Assembly (NCBI GenBank): GCA_046563655.1
Contig: CM102287.1
Coordinates: forward strand, 1,674,001-1,738,000
DNA from: Yuukianura sp. NJ FZ-2021
Taxonomy: Eukaryota
Direction of reading: 5' to 3'
Length of the DNA stretch: 64,000 bases
The notes below the pieces were generated by a model. It had not been told where the DNA came from and did not search any database. It was given only the letters and a program-made list of their open reading frames with translations. This document shows, piece after piece, positions 38,601 to 50,729 of the stretch. Within the stretch, counting starts at the first letter, position 1, and every line of letters begins with the position of its first letter. The translations under genes and the position numbers were made by a program.

Positions 38601-41600
38601 TTCTTAAGCCGGCTTCTTCTTCGGTGTCGTGCAAGTATTTCTCAAAATATGGAATGCTACGGTTGTTGAGGATATCAAATGCATGAAGTAGTACCATCAT
38701 GTTGTGTTGATGAGTAGGGAAGAGCCACCCAAGTTCCTTTGTGATCCGTAATTTCACTTTGTCGTATTTCTTGCTCTTGAGAATAAAGTGACCCGCCGTG
38801 CGTACTATTTTTTCCGCTGATTTCAATTGTACTTTAGTTGCGCTACCCCATATTTCAGCCATGTACCAAAGCTTAGACAAAACGTAAGATGTCATCAGAG
38901 TTTTTCGGTTGTCTTGTGTAAGAAGTCTTTGCATAGGGTAGAGTGAGAATATGATTTTTAAACATTTCTTTGTTGTGTTCATGATATGTGAATCCCACTT
39001 CAAGCAACCGTCTATGTTAAGGCCGAGGCTGGTGAGTGTTTCTGTTGTTCCGACTGTTACATTCTGAAATTGAAACTGCACTCCTTGAATTATATTCCTT
39101 ATCTTCGGTTTTGCCACGATGAGGATTCCAGTTTTCTCAGGGTGAATTGTGAATCCGTTTTTTTGTGAATCCGTTGTGAATTGTGATCCAACATAGCCCA
39201 GAATGACTTCTTAGTCACTTTTTGGTGAAAAAATTGAATTTTTTCACCAAAAATTGAGTTCTAGGCACTTTATGTGGTGATCGGACTTAAATTTTCGGAT
39301 TGCAATATTGTGATCCACCATAGCCCAGAATGACTCCTTTGTCACTTTTTTTGCGAAGAAATTGAATTTTTTCACCAAAAATTGAGTTCTAGGCACTTTA
39401 TGTGGTGATCGGACTTAAATTTTCGGATTGTAATATTGTGATCCAACATAGCCCAGAATGACTTATTTGTCCCTTTTTGGTGAAAAAATTGAATTTTTTC
39501 ACCAAAAATTGAGTGCTAGGCACTTTATATGGTTATCGGACTTAAATTTTCGGATTGAAAAATTGTGATCCAACGTAGCCCAGAATGACTTTGTCATTTT
39601 TTTTGCAAAAAAATTGAATTTTTTCACCAAAAATTGAGTTCTAGGCACTTTATGTGGTGATCGGACTCAAATTTTCGGATTGCAAAATTGTTGTTGTTGT
39701 TGTTTAGTTTATTTTCCTATTCCGGATAGGTATTTAAAAATAAACAGTTGTATACTGTCATTAGGTTAAGTGTTTAAAATTGTTTTCAATCAGTCAATTC
39801 GATTAATTAGTAATAGTTGAGCATTATTTTGATAATGAAAATGAAAATCATTTGATAATAGTAAACATCAAAGGTAAAAAGGTAAAAAGAAAGTAAAAAT
39901 GAGAGAGAGAGAGAAAAAAAAAAAAGAGAAACATTAAATGAACTTCCTACTAGGTTGCTTGTTGTTTTCTTTCGTGAGGACGTCATTTTCTTGTATCTTC
40001 AGAAACTGTTTGTGTATGGCCGCTTTGAACGCTCCTTTAGTTTTGAGTTCCGTCGTTGCTTTTGGCAAGTAACCCCATAGTAGTTTCGTTTTTGATTTAA
40101 AAGAATTAGGAGTGATTGTTGTGTTCCTGGAGTGAATCATTTTTCGTGTTCTTAAGCCGGCTTCTTCTTCGGTGTCGTGCAAGTATTTCTCAAAATATGG
40201 AATGCTACGGTTGTTGAGGATATCAAATGCATGAAGTAGTACCATCATGTTGTGTTGATGAGTAGGGAAGAGCCACCCAAGTTCCTTTGTGATCCGTAAT
40301 TTCACTTTGTCGTATTTCTTGCTCTTGAGAATAAAGTGACCCGCCGTGCGTACTATTTTTTCCGCTGATTTCAATTGTACTTTAGTTGCGCTACCCCATA
40401 TTTCAGCCATGTACCAAAGCTTAGACAAAACGTAAGATGTCATCAGAGTTTTTCGGTTGTCTTGTGTAAGAAGTCTTTGCATAGGGTAGAGTGAGAATAT
40501 GATTTTTAAACATTTCTTTGTTGTGTTCATGATATGTGAATCCCACTTCAAGCAACCGTCTATGTTAAGGCCGAGGCTGGTGAGTGTTTCTGTTGTTCCG
40601 ACTGTTACATTCTGAAATTGAAACTGCACTCCTTGAATTATATTCCTTATCTTCGGTTTTGCCACGATGAGGATTCCAGTTTTCTCAGGGTGAATTGTGA
40701 ATCCGTTTTTTTGTGAATCCGTTGTGAATTGTGATCCAACATAGCCCAGAATGACTTCTTAGTCACTTTTTGGTGAAAAAATTGAATTTTTTCACCAAAA
40801 ATTGAGTTCTAGGCACTTTATGTGGTGATCGGACTTAAATTTTCGGATTGCAATATTGTGATCCACCATAGCCCAGAATGACTCCTTTGTCACTTTTTTT
40901 GCGAAAAAATTGAATTTTTTCACCAAAAATTGAGTTCTAGGCACTTTATGTGGTGATCGGACTTAAATTTTCGGATTGTAATATTGTGATCCAACATAGC
41001 CCAGAATGACTTATTTGTCCCTTTTTGGTGAAAAAATTGAATTTTTTCACCAAAAATTGAGTGCTAGGCACTTTATATGGTTATCGGACTTAAATTTTCG
41101 GATTGAAAAATTGTGATCCAACGTAGCCCAGAATGACTTTGTCATTTTTTTTGCAAAAAATTGAATTTTTTCACCAAAAATTGAGTTCTAGGCACTTTAT
41201 GTGGTGATCGGACTCAAATTTTCGGATTGCAAAATTGTTGTTGTTGTTGTTTAGTTTATTTTCCTATTCCGGATAGGTTTTTAAAAATAAACAGTTGTAT
41301 ACTGTCATTAGGTTAAGTGTTTAAAATTGTTTTCAATCAGTCAATTCGATTAAGTAGTAATAGTTGAGCATTATTTTGATAATGAAAATGAAAATCATTT
41401 GATAATAGTAAACATCAAAGGTAAAAAGGTAAAAAGAAAGTAAAAATGAGAGAGAAAAAAAAAGAGAAAATTAAATGAACTTCCTACTAGGTTGCTTGTT
41501 GTTTTCTTTCGTGAGGACGTCATTTTCTTGTATCTTCAGAAACTGTTTGTGTATGGCCGCTTTGAACGCTCCTTTAGTTTTGAGTTCCGTCGTTGCTTTT

Positions 41601-44600
41601 GGCAAGTAACCCCATAGTAGTTTCGTTTTTGATTTAAAAGAATTAGGAGTGATTGTTGTGTTCCTGGAGTGAATCATTTTTCGTGTTCTTAAGCCGGCTT
41701 CTTCTTCGGTGTCGTGCAAGTATTTCTCAAAATATGGAATGCTACGGTTGTTGAGGATATCAAATGCATGAAGTAGTACCATCATGTTGTGTTGATGAGT
41801 AGGGAAGAGCCACCCAAGTTCCTTTGTGATCCGTAATTTCACTTTGTCGTATTTCTTGCTCTTGAGAATAAAGTGACCCGCCGTGCGTACTATTTTTTCC
41901 GCTGATTTCAATTGTACTTTAGTTGCGCTACCCCATATTTCAGCCATGTACCAAAGCTTAGACAAAACGTAAGATGTCATCAGAGTTTCTCGGTTGTCTT
42001 GTGTAAGAAGTCTTTGCATAGGGTAGAGTGAGAATATGATTTTTAAACATTTCTTTGTTGTGTTCATGATATGTGAATCCCACTTCAAGCAACCGTCTAT
42101 GTTAAGGCCGAGGCTGGTGACTGTTTCTGTTGTTCCGACTGTTACATTCTGAAATTGAAACTGCACTCCTTGAATTATATTCCTTATCTTCGGTTTTGCC
42201 ACGATGAGGATTCCAGTTTTCTCAGGGTGAATTGTGAATCCGTTTTTTTGTGAATCCGTTGTGAATTGTGATCCAACATAGCCCAGAATGACTTCTTAGT
42301 CACTTTTTGGTGAAAAAATTGAATTTTTTCACCAAAAATTGAGTTCTAGGCACTTTATGTGGTGATCGGACTCAAATTTTCGGATTGCAAAATTGTGATC
42401 CAACATAGCCCAGAATGACCCCTTTGTCACTTTTTTTTCGAAAAAATTGAATTTTTTCACCAAAAATTTAGTTCTAGGCACTTTATGTGGTGATCGGACT
42501 CAAATTTTCGGATTGCAAAATTGTGATCCAACATAGCCCAGAATGACTCCTTTGTCACTTTTTTTGCGAAAAAATTGAATTTTTTCACCAAAAATTGAGT
42601 TCTAGGCACTTTATGTGGTGATCGGACTTAAATTTTCGGATTGTAATATTGTGATCCAACATAGCCCAGAATGACTTATTTGTCCCTTTTTGGTGAAAAA
42701 ATTGAATTTTTTCACCAAAAATTGAGTGCTAGGCACTTTATATGGTTATCGGACTTAAATTTTCGGATTGAAAAATTGTGATCCAACGTAGCCCAGAATG
42801 ACTTTGTCATTTTTTTTGCAAAAAATTGAATTTTTTCACCAAAAATTGAGTTCTAGGCACTTTATGTGGTGATCGGACTCAAATTTTCGGATTGCAAAAT
42901 TGTTGTTGTTGTTGTTTAGTTTATTTTCCTATTCCGGATAGGTTTTTAAAAATAAACAGTTGTATACTGTCATTAGGTTAAGTGTTTAAAATTGTTTTCA
43001 ATCAGTCAATTCGATTAAGTAGTAATAGTTGAGCATTATTTTGATAATGAAAATGAAAATCATTTGATAATAGTAAACATCAAAGGTAAAAAGGTAAAAA
43101 GAAAGTAAAAAAGAGAGAAAAAAAAAGAGAAAATTAAATGAACTTCCTACTAGGTTGCTTGTTGTTTTCTTTCGTGAGGACGTCATTTTCTTGTATCTTC
43201 AGAAACTGTTTGTGTATGGCCGCTTTGAACGCTCCTTTAGTTTTGAGTTCCGTCGTTGCTTTTGGCAAGTAACCCCATAGTAGTTTCGTTTTTGATTTAA
43301 AAGAATTAGGAGTGATTGTTGTGTTCCTGGAGTGAATCATTTTTCGTGTTCTTAAGCCGGCTTCTTCTTCGGTGTCGTGCAAGTATTTCTCAAAATATGG
43401 AATGCTACGGTTGTTGAGGATATCAAATGCATGAAGTAGTACCATCATGTTGTGTTGATGAGTAGGGAAGAGCCACCCAAGTTCCTTTGTGATCCGTAAT
43501 TTCACTTTGTCGTATTTCTTGCTCTTGAGAATAAAGTGACCCGCCGTGCGTACTATTTTTTCCGCTGATTTCAATTGTACTTTAGTTGCGCTACCCCATA
43601 TTTCAGCCATGTACCAAAGCTTAGACAAAACGTAAGATGTCATCAGAGTTTCTCGGTTGTCTTGTGTAAGAAGTCTTTGCATAGGGTAGAGTGAGAATAT
43701 GATTTTTAAACATTTCTTTGTTGTGTTCATGATATGTGAATCCCACTTCAAGCAACCGTCTATGTTAAGGCCGAGGCTGGTGACTGTTTCTGTTGTTCCG
43801 ACTGTTACATTCTGAAATTGAAACTGCACTCCTTGAATTATATTCCTTATCTTCGGTTTTGCCACGATGAGGATTCCAGTTTTCTCAGGGTGAATTGTGA
43901 ATCCGTTTTTTTGTGAATCCGTTGTGAATTGTGATCCAACATAGCCCAGAATGACTTCTTAGTCACTTTTTGGTGAAAAAATTGAATTTTTTCACCAAAA
44001 ATTGAGTTCTAGGCACTTTATGTGGTGATCGGACTCAAATTTTCGGATTGCAAAATTGTGATCCAACATAGCCCAGAATGACCCCTTTGTCACTTTTTTT
44101 TCGAAAAAATTGAATTTTTTCACCAAAAATTTAGTTCTAGGCACTTTATGTGGTGATCGGACTCAAATTTTCGGATTGCAAAATTGTGATCCAACATAGC
44201 CCAGAATGACTCCTTTGTCACTTTTTTTTGCGAAAAAATTGAATTTTTTCACCAAAAATTGAGTTCTAGGCACTTTATGTGGTGATCGGACTTAAATTTT
44301 CGGATTGTAATATTGTGATCCAACATAGCCCAGAATGACTTATTTGTCCCTTTTTGGTGAAAAAATTGAATTTTTTCACCAAAAATTGAGTGCTAGGCAC
44401 TTTATATGGTTATCGGACTTAAATTTTCGGATTGAAAAATTGTGATCCAACGTAGCCCAGAATGACTTTGTCATTTTTTTTGCAAAAAAAATTGAATTTT
44501 TTCACCAAAAATTGAGTTCTAGGCACTTTATGTGGTGATCGGACTCAAATTTTCGGATTGCAAAATTGTTGTTGTTGTTGTTTAGTTTATTTTCCTATTC

Positions 44601-47319
44601 CGGATAGGTTTTTAAAAATAAACAGTTGTATACTGTCATTAGGTTAAGTGTTTAAAATTGTTTTCAATCAGTCAATTCGATTAAGTAGTAATAGTTGAGC
44701 ATTATTTTGATAATGAAAATGAAAATCATTTGATAATAGTAAACATCAAAGGTAAAAAGGTAAAAAGAAAGTAAAAACGAGAGAGAAAAAAAAAGAGAAA
44801 ATTAAATGAACTTCCTACTAGGTTGCTTGTTGTTTTCTTTCGTGAGGACGTCATTTTCTTGTATCTTCAGAAACTGTTTGTGTATGGCCGCTTTGAACGC
44901 TCCTTTAGTTTTGAGTTCCGTCGTTGCTTTTGGCAAGTAACCCCATAGTAGTTTCGTTTTTGATTTAAAAGAATTAGGAGTGATTGTTGTGTTCCTGGAG
45001 TGAATCATTTTTCGTGTTCTTAAGCCGGCTTCTTCTTCGGTGTCGTGCAAGTATTTCTCAAAATATGGAATGCTACGGTTGTTGAGGATATCAAATGCAT
45101 GAAGTAGTACCATCATGTTGTGTTGATGAGTAGGGAAGAGCCACCCAAGTTCCTTTGTGATCCGTAATTTCACTTTGTCGTATTTCTTGCTCTTGAGAAT
45201 AAAGTGACCCGCCGTGCGTACTATTTTTTCCGCTGATTTCAATTGTACTTTAGTTGCGCTACCCCATATTTCAGCCATGTACCAAAGCTTAGACAAAACG
45301 TAAGATGTCATCAGAGTTTCTCGGTTGTCTTGTGTAAGAAGTCTTTGCATAGGGTAGAGTGAGAATATGATTTTTAAACATTTCTTTGTTGTGTTCATGA
45401 TATGTGAATCCCACTTCAAGCAACCGTCTATGTTAAGGCCGAGGCTGGTGACTGTTTCTGTTGTTCCGACTGTTACATTCTGAAATTGAAACTGCACTCC
45501 TTGAATTATATTCCTTATCTTCGGTTTTGCCACGATGAGGATTCCAGTTTTCTCAGGGTGAATTGTGAATCCGTTTTTTGTGAATCCGTTGTGAATTGTG
45601 ATCCAACATAGCCCAGAATGACTTCTTAGTCACTTTTTGGTGAAAAAATTGAATTTTTTCACCAAAAATTTAGTTCTAGGCACTTTATGTGGTGATCGGA
45701 CTCAAATTTTCGGATTGCAAAATTGTGATCCAACATAGCCCAGAATGACCCCTTTGTCACTTTTTTTTTCGAAAAAATTGAATTTTTTCACCAAAAATTT
45801 AGTTCTAGGCACTTTATGTGGTGATCGGACTCAAATTTTCGGATTGCAAAATTGTGATCCAACATAGCCCAGAATGACTCCTTTGTCACTTTTTTTTGCG
45901 AAAAAATTGAATTTTTTCACCAAAAATTGAGTTCTAGGCACTTTATGTGGTGATCGGACTCAAATTTTCGGATTGCAAAATTGTGATCCAACATAGCCCA
46001 GAATGACTCCTTTGTCACTTTTTTTTGCGAAAAAATTGAATTTTTTCACCAAAAATTGAGTTCTAGGCACTTTATGTGGTGATCGGACTTAAATTTTCGG
46101 ATTGTAATATTGTGATCCAACATAGCCCAGAATGACTTATTTGTCCCTTTTTGGTGAAAAAATTGAATTTTTTCACCAAAAATTGAGTGCTAGGCACTTT
46201 ATATGGTTATCGGACTTAAATTTTCGGATTGAAAAATTGTGATCCAACGTAGCCCAGAATGACTTTGTCATTTTTTTTGCAAAAAATTGAATTTTTTCAC
46301 CAAAAATTGAGTTCTAGGCACTTTATGTGGTGATCGGACTCAAATTTTCGGATTGCAAAATTGTTGTTGTTGTTGTTTAGTTTATTTTCCTATTCCGGAT
46401 AGGTTTTTAAAAATAAACAGTTGTATACTGTCATTAGGTTAAGTGTTTAAAATTGTTTTCAATCAGTCAATTCGATTAATTAGTAATAGTTGAGCATTAT
46501 TTTGATAATGAAAATGAAAATCATTTGATAATAGTAAACATCAAAGGTAAAAAGGTAAAAAGAAAGTAAAAATGAGAGAGAAAAAAAAAGAGAAACATTA
46601 AATGAACTTCCTACTAGGTTGCTTGTTGTTTTCTTTCGTGAGGACGTCATTTTCTTGTATCTTCAGAAACTGTTTGTGTATGGCCGCTTTGAACGCTCCT
46701 TTAAGTTTTGAGTTCCGTCGTTGCTTTTGGCAAGTAACCCCATAGTAGTTTCGTTTTTGATTTAAAAGAATTAGGAGTGATTGTTGTGTTCCTGGAGTGA
46801 ATCATTTTTCGTGTTCTTAAGCCGGCTTCTTCTTCGGTGTCGTGCAAGTATTTCTCAAAATATGGAATGCTACGGTTGTTGAGGATATCAAATGCATGAA
46901 GTAGTACCATCATGTTGTGTTGATGAGTAGGGAAGAGCCACCCAAGTTCCTTTGTGATCAGTAATTTCACTTTGTCGTATTTCTTGCTCTTGAGAATAAA
47001 GTGACCCGCCGTGCGTACTATTTTTTCCGCTGATTTCAATTGTACTTTAGTTGCGCTACCCCATATTTCAGCCATGTACCAAAGCTTAGACAAAACGTAA
47101 GATGTCATCAGAGTTTTTCGGTTGTCTTGTGTAAGAAGTCTTTGCATAGGGTAGAGTGAGAATATGATTTTTAAACATTTCTTTGTTGTGTTCATGATAT
47201 GTGAATCCCACTTCAAGCAACCGTCTATGTTAAGGCCGAGGCTGGTGAGTGTTTCTGTTGTTCCGACTGTTACATTCTGAAATTGAAACTGCACTCCTTG
47301 AATTATATTCCTTATCTTC

Positions 47320-47580
47320 TGAGGGGTTACAGTGGTTGCAACCCAACCTCAAGGCAACCCAAAACTACGACTCGGCTCTTCTCCGTCTCCGCTCGTCTCG
47401 ACTTCACTTCAGTGGCTTCCCACCTCCGGACACAACAACAACTCCTCTCGTCAGTCTCTCCCTTCAGTCTCCATTTTCCAATTTCAAATTAACTTTATTT
47501 TCAATTTTCAATCAGTAACCTAAACTTAACGGTAATCTAAATAAACGGAGTGTTCACTCCTTCCACTAGCATCAACCTCA
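47320..47580 (+). mobile_element. Candidate 5' LTR of the outer element
   Basis: It starts TGAGG and could end CCTCA (47576-47580), with AATAAA at 47540-47545. An alternative end is CA at 47630 followed by a PBS-like TGGTGGA at 47633. No matching 3' copy was seen. Confidence 0.45.
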
Positions 47581-48570
47581 TCGTCAGTCGTTTCGTCTTC
47601 TTGTTTTTTGGGCTTGCCATTAGCCCGTCAAGTGGTGGATCGAGCTTCGTGCTGCACTCAGGGACCACCACAACCAGCCAACGACCTCTTCAGTGACATA
47701 CATCGTGGGATTGGACAGCAACCGTCGTAGTCAAGCGAAAATCTAACGGTAAAGTATCTGTTTTGATTGTTTCTGGGGGATATCGCGCGTGAGGCTAAAG
47801 TGAGAGATTCGTGAAACGATTGCTCGCATCCCCCCTTTTCTTTTCTCCCTTTTTAGCATACAGGTCACGATAGTTACCGTGTAGCTCAGAGGCAGAGCAA
47901 CAGTCCAGGTCAAATTCCGATTTTTGCAAATTTTGAGACCCCCCCTGCGCGAATTTTTTTTGAATAAGAAAAATTTTAGGTTTTTGGTGGCTTTTGGTGG
48001 CTCAGACTGGCCCCACCTTCATAATATCCATTGGTAATTGTCTCCCCCTCCCGTTTATTCCCATTTTACGTAGTTTCGAGGTCACTTTGACCCCGAAAAC
48101 ATCAAATTTAGGCACGAAAAGAGGAAAATTCAAGATGGCTGTCGTGATGCATGGCAGGAAGGACGCCAACATGGAGGCTCCCTTGTGGTGAAAAAGGAGG
48201 AAGACGAAGGAAGAATCCACTTCTTCCACCCGTCCCATGCTGTATGACCGACACCCCTCCTTTTTCCCCTATTTCTAGAAACTTCTTTCCCAACCATCAT
48301 CATTCACCAGTAGTTTGGCAATTGCCATTGCAAAACTTCAAAACCGTTTTTCCCTTTTAGAAGCCTACAACACAGGAAGGAGTGCCAATTACCAATTACA
48401 AATTGCGAAACTGAATTGCAAATTCCCAAATTCCTTTTTTTTGCAGGATCTTGGCAAAACTAATGCGAAATTTTTTCTAAAATTAAGTTTTTGCAGGAAT
48501 TAATTAAAAACAATGTCTAAATTTTGGCCGTACTAATTTTCTTTTGTTTCACTCAGTTTTCTACAAACTA

Positions 48571-48897
48571 ATGCAGTGGAGAGCCCTGCTTTTTGCAATT
48601 TCTGGATTTTGTCTGATGTTCAGTCTCCCCGAAGCAATCGAACTTGCGAAATTCATCGCGCTGAACGTAGACTCACGCTGTTTACCCGGACTACTGTCGT
48701 ACTTTTACAACTATCTGCTCTTCCACGTCCTTCCACTCATCTACTACCGTCGTCACCGGCACTTCGCAATTTTCATTCCGGTACTTTACGACGCTGAAGT
48801 CTGGTTTTTCATCACGATTGTGGGGAGACTGATCTACTTTCACCTCGACGTACTGGGACTGAGTCACTTCACCCTGTACGACATTTCTTTTATCTAA
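48571..48897 (+). CDS. Small hydrophobic ORF (108 aa) upstream of gag, possibly a membrane protein
   Basis: ATG at 48571. Signal-peptide-like N-terminus (ALLFAISGFCLMFSL), then hydrophobic LLSYFYNYLLFHVLPLIYY followed by basic RRHRH. No recognised homology. Confidence 0.35.
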   Translation: MQWRALLFAISGFCLMFSLPEAIELAKFIALNVDSRCLPGLLSYFYNYLLFHVLPLIYYRRHRHFAIFIPVLYDAEVWFFITIVGRLIYFHLDVLGLSHFTLYDISFI

Positions 48898-48951
48898 GGG
48901 AACGGTTCGAATTTTTTTTTCTAAACTTTTTTTTGAAATTGGGCCCTAACT

Positions 48952-50451
48952 ATGTTTGCGAGTTGGATGTTAAGTAATTCCTTAGAGCAGCAGCAGCAAA
49001 TCGAACCACCGAAAACTCCAACTGCCCAGACACCGCAACCCGAACCCAGATCTCCACGTCCCAGAGTACTTGGCCAATTGGAGCCACCACCACTTCGCCG
49101 TTCACAGGCTACGTCACCTCGTTCTCCCCGAATTGTAGACGAGCCTACCACATCACGCAGACAGAGACAAGTATCGCAAGTCACACTTTTTCCACCGGAG
49201 GCACAGACTGTACCTACAGTCACTGTTGCTCCTCCTCCGCCAGAACCTGTCCCTGCCCCGTTTGTAGCCCCACCTGCTCCACAGCCAGCACCAGTCCCCC
49301 CCGTTTCTCTCCCCGCAAATCCAGCACCCACCCCAAGAATCATGGCTCTCCCCAACCAACCGATTGTCCCCATTCCAGCTCACTCAGGCCCAGGAATCAA
49401 CATTTTTAGGGACCTTCGCAAGTATGATGGGAAGGGAGATCCTGAGGAGTTTTTGGATCGGTATGTCTCTGATTTATCAGAGCAGGGGGCCTCCATGAAA
49501 TTCATGTTGGAGGGATTTGACAGGGTACTGGAAGGTTTGGCTGCGTCATGGTATGCGTCAGCCTGGCCAAATTTTAAATTCAAATTAAATCAAGGTTTGG
49601 ACGTTGCACTAATCTGGTCTGAGTTTCAGGATCAGTTTTTAAATCATTTCTCCCTCAGAGACAGGAAGTCGGAATTTCAGGAGAGGAACAGGAACTTGAG
49701 ATTTTCGGTTGGGGACAATCCAGACAACTACGTTTTCAAGAAGCTGGAGATTTTCAAGGGTCTGGATCCCTACATGTCAGATTTGGACAAGGTTGACCTC
49801 TTGACCCGTGGGCTGCCTCTGGATTTGGAACGCTCCTTCGCCCTTTTGTCCTTTAGGAATCCCCACGAATTCCTGCAAAAGCTTCGCAAGATGGCAGAAG
49901 TAAACTCCCGACATCCTTCCAATGAGCTACCAGCCACTCAAGCCAAAGTCCAAGGATTAGGAGTCGGAAATGAACAGCAGCGAGAACCCCCTCGTGAAGC
50001 TCTCCGTGGACCGTCAGGCTACGAACAAAGACAATACAACAATTATCCGGGCCCTTCCAACTATGCTCCAAGATACAACAGCCAGAGTCGTGACTATGGC
50101 CGCCCAGGTCAAGGTCAAGGTCAAGGTCGTCAGAGCCATCTCATTTGCCATTACTGTGGGAAGCCGGGCCACATCAAACCTAGATGCTTCCAGTATTTGG
50201 ATTCCTTGAGGGATGCACAAGCTGCCCATGCAGCGGCTGGAACACAACCAGCCCCGATTCCGTCCCTCCTTTCTCTTCCCGTCCAGCAGCCCCCACCACC
50301 ACAGCAACAACAACGACCTGCACCCGATCCTTATCTGCAGATGTTCGAGTCCATCCAGCGTTCCTTGGATATTCTGACCAGACAGGGTCAAGGTCAACCG
50401 AACCCACCAGCCCAGCCACAAAATCCAGCTCCTCCGGGGGCGGGAAACTAA
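48952..50451 (+). CDS. gag: Gag of the outer Ty3/gypsy element
   Basis: Pro-rich N-terminus, capsid motifs YDGKGDPEEFL, LEGLAASWY and WSEFQDQFLNHF, and nucleocapsid knuckle CHYCGKPGHIKPRC. Confidence 0.93.
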   Translation: MFASWMLSNSLEQQQQIEPPKTPTAQTPQPEPRSPRPRVLGQLEPPPLRRSQATSPRSPRIVDEPTTSRRQRQVSQVTLFPPEAQTVPTVTVAPPPPEPVPAPFVAPPAPQPAPVPPVSLPANPAPTPRIMALPNQPIVPIPAHSGPGINIFRDLRKYDGKGDPEEFLDRYVSDLSEQGASMKFMLEGFDRVLEGLAASWYASAWPNFKFKLNQGLDVALIWSEFQDQFLNHFSLRDRKSEFQERNRNLRFSVGDNPDNYVFKKLEIFKGLDPYMSDLDKVDLLTRGLPLDLERSFALLSFRNPHEFLQKLRKMAEVNSRHPSNELPATQAKVQGLGVGNEQQREPPREALRGPSGYEQRQYNNYPGPSNYAPRYNSQSRDYGRPGQGQGQGRQSHLICHYCGKPGHIKPRCFQYLDSLRDAQAAHAAAGTQPAPIPSLLSLPVQQPPPPQQQQRPAPDPYLQMFESIQRSLDILTRQGQGQPNPPAQPQNPAPPGAGN

Positions 50452-50478
50452 CTAAGCTGCCGTTGCAGGAACGACAGC
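50442..50478 (+). promoter_or_regulatory. -1 programmed ribosomal frameshift signal (gag-pol)
   Basis: In-frame G GGA AAC (50442-50448) lies just before the gag stop. A 7-nt spacer is followed by the stem gctgccgtt/aacgacagc (50456-50478). pol is in the -1 frame. Confidence 0.8.
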
Positions 50479-50729
50479 ATCCACCATCTCGTGTCGTAAA
50501 TTCCAGGAGAAAGAGGGTTTTTGGTAGGAATCCTCCTGTCTCCCGGCAATCTAGCAAGTATGTTCTAATTGATTCTAATACTTTAAACAATTTTTTCTCT
50601 AGTTTAGTCTAAGTCCCAACTTCTCGTCGTCCCCCCCGTTCTGATTTTTCTAATTTTTCACCGAATCCCCGATTTACCCATAGGATCGCCCGGTCCCAGT
50701 GTGCAGATCGCCCGGAGTCATCTAATTCG

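Larger units (their letters stand above)
2104..47319. repeat. Composite tandem array: runs of ~128-bp satellite alternating with ~1-kb LINE 3' fragments (copies 1-26)
   Basis: Monomer aattgtgatccaacatagcccagaatgactcctttgtcac(t)n gcgaaaaaattgaattttttcaccaaaaattgagttctaggcactttatgtggtgatcggactcaaattttcggattgcaa occurs 2 to ~17 times per run, with a ~108-bp short variant. LINE copies begin near 2145, 5290, 7590, 10732, 12907, 14321, 15535, 16750, 18581, 19796, 21011, 22844, 24679, 26727, 28524, 30829, 32505, 34053, 35333, 36616, 38151, 39690, 41237, 42902, 44568 and 46363. Confidence 0.97.

Noticed and set aside
24911..45533. The 243-aa ORF as an amplified functional gene family
   Set aside because: It starts at GTG inside a truncated RT and many copies are frameshifted or deleted. 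Near-identity is explained by recent amplification.
2104..47319. CRISPR-like repeat/spacer array
   Set aside because: The intervening segments are near-identical LINE fragments rather than unique spacers, the repeats are ~128 bp, there are no cas genes and the context is eukaryotic.
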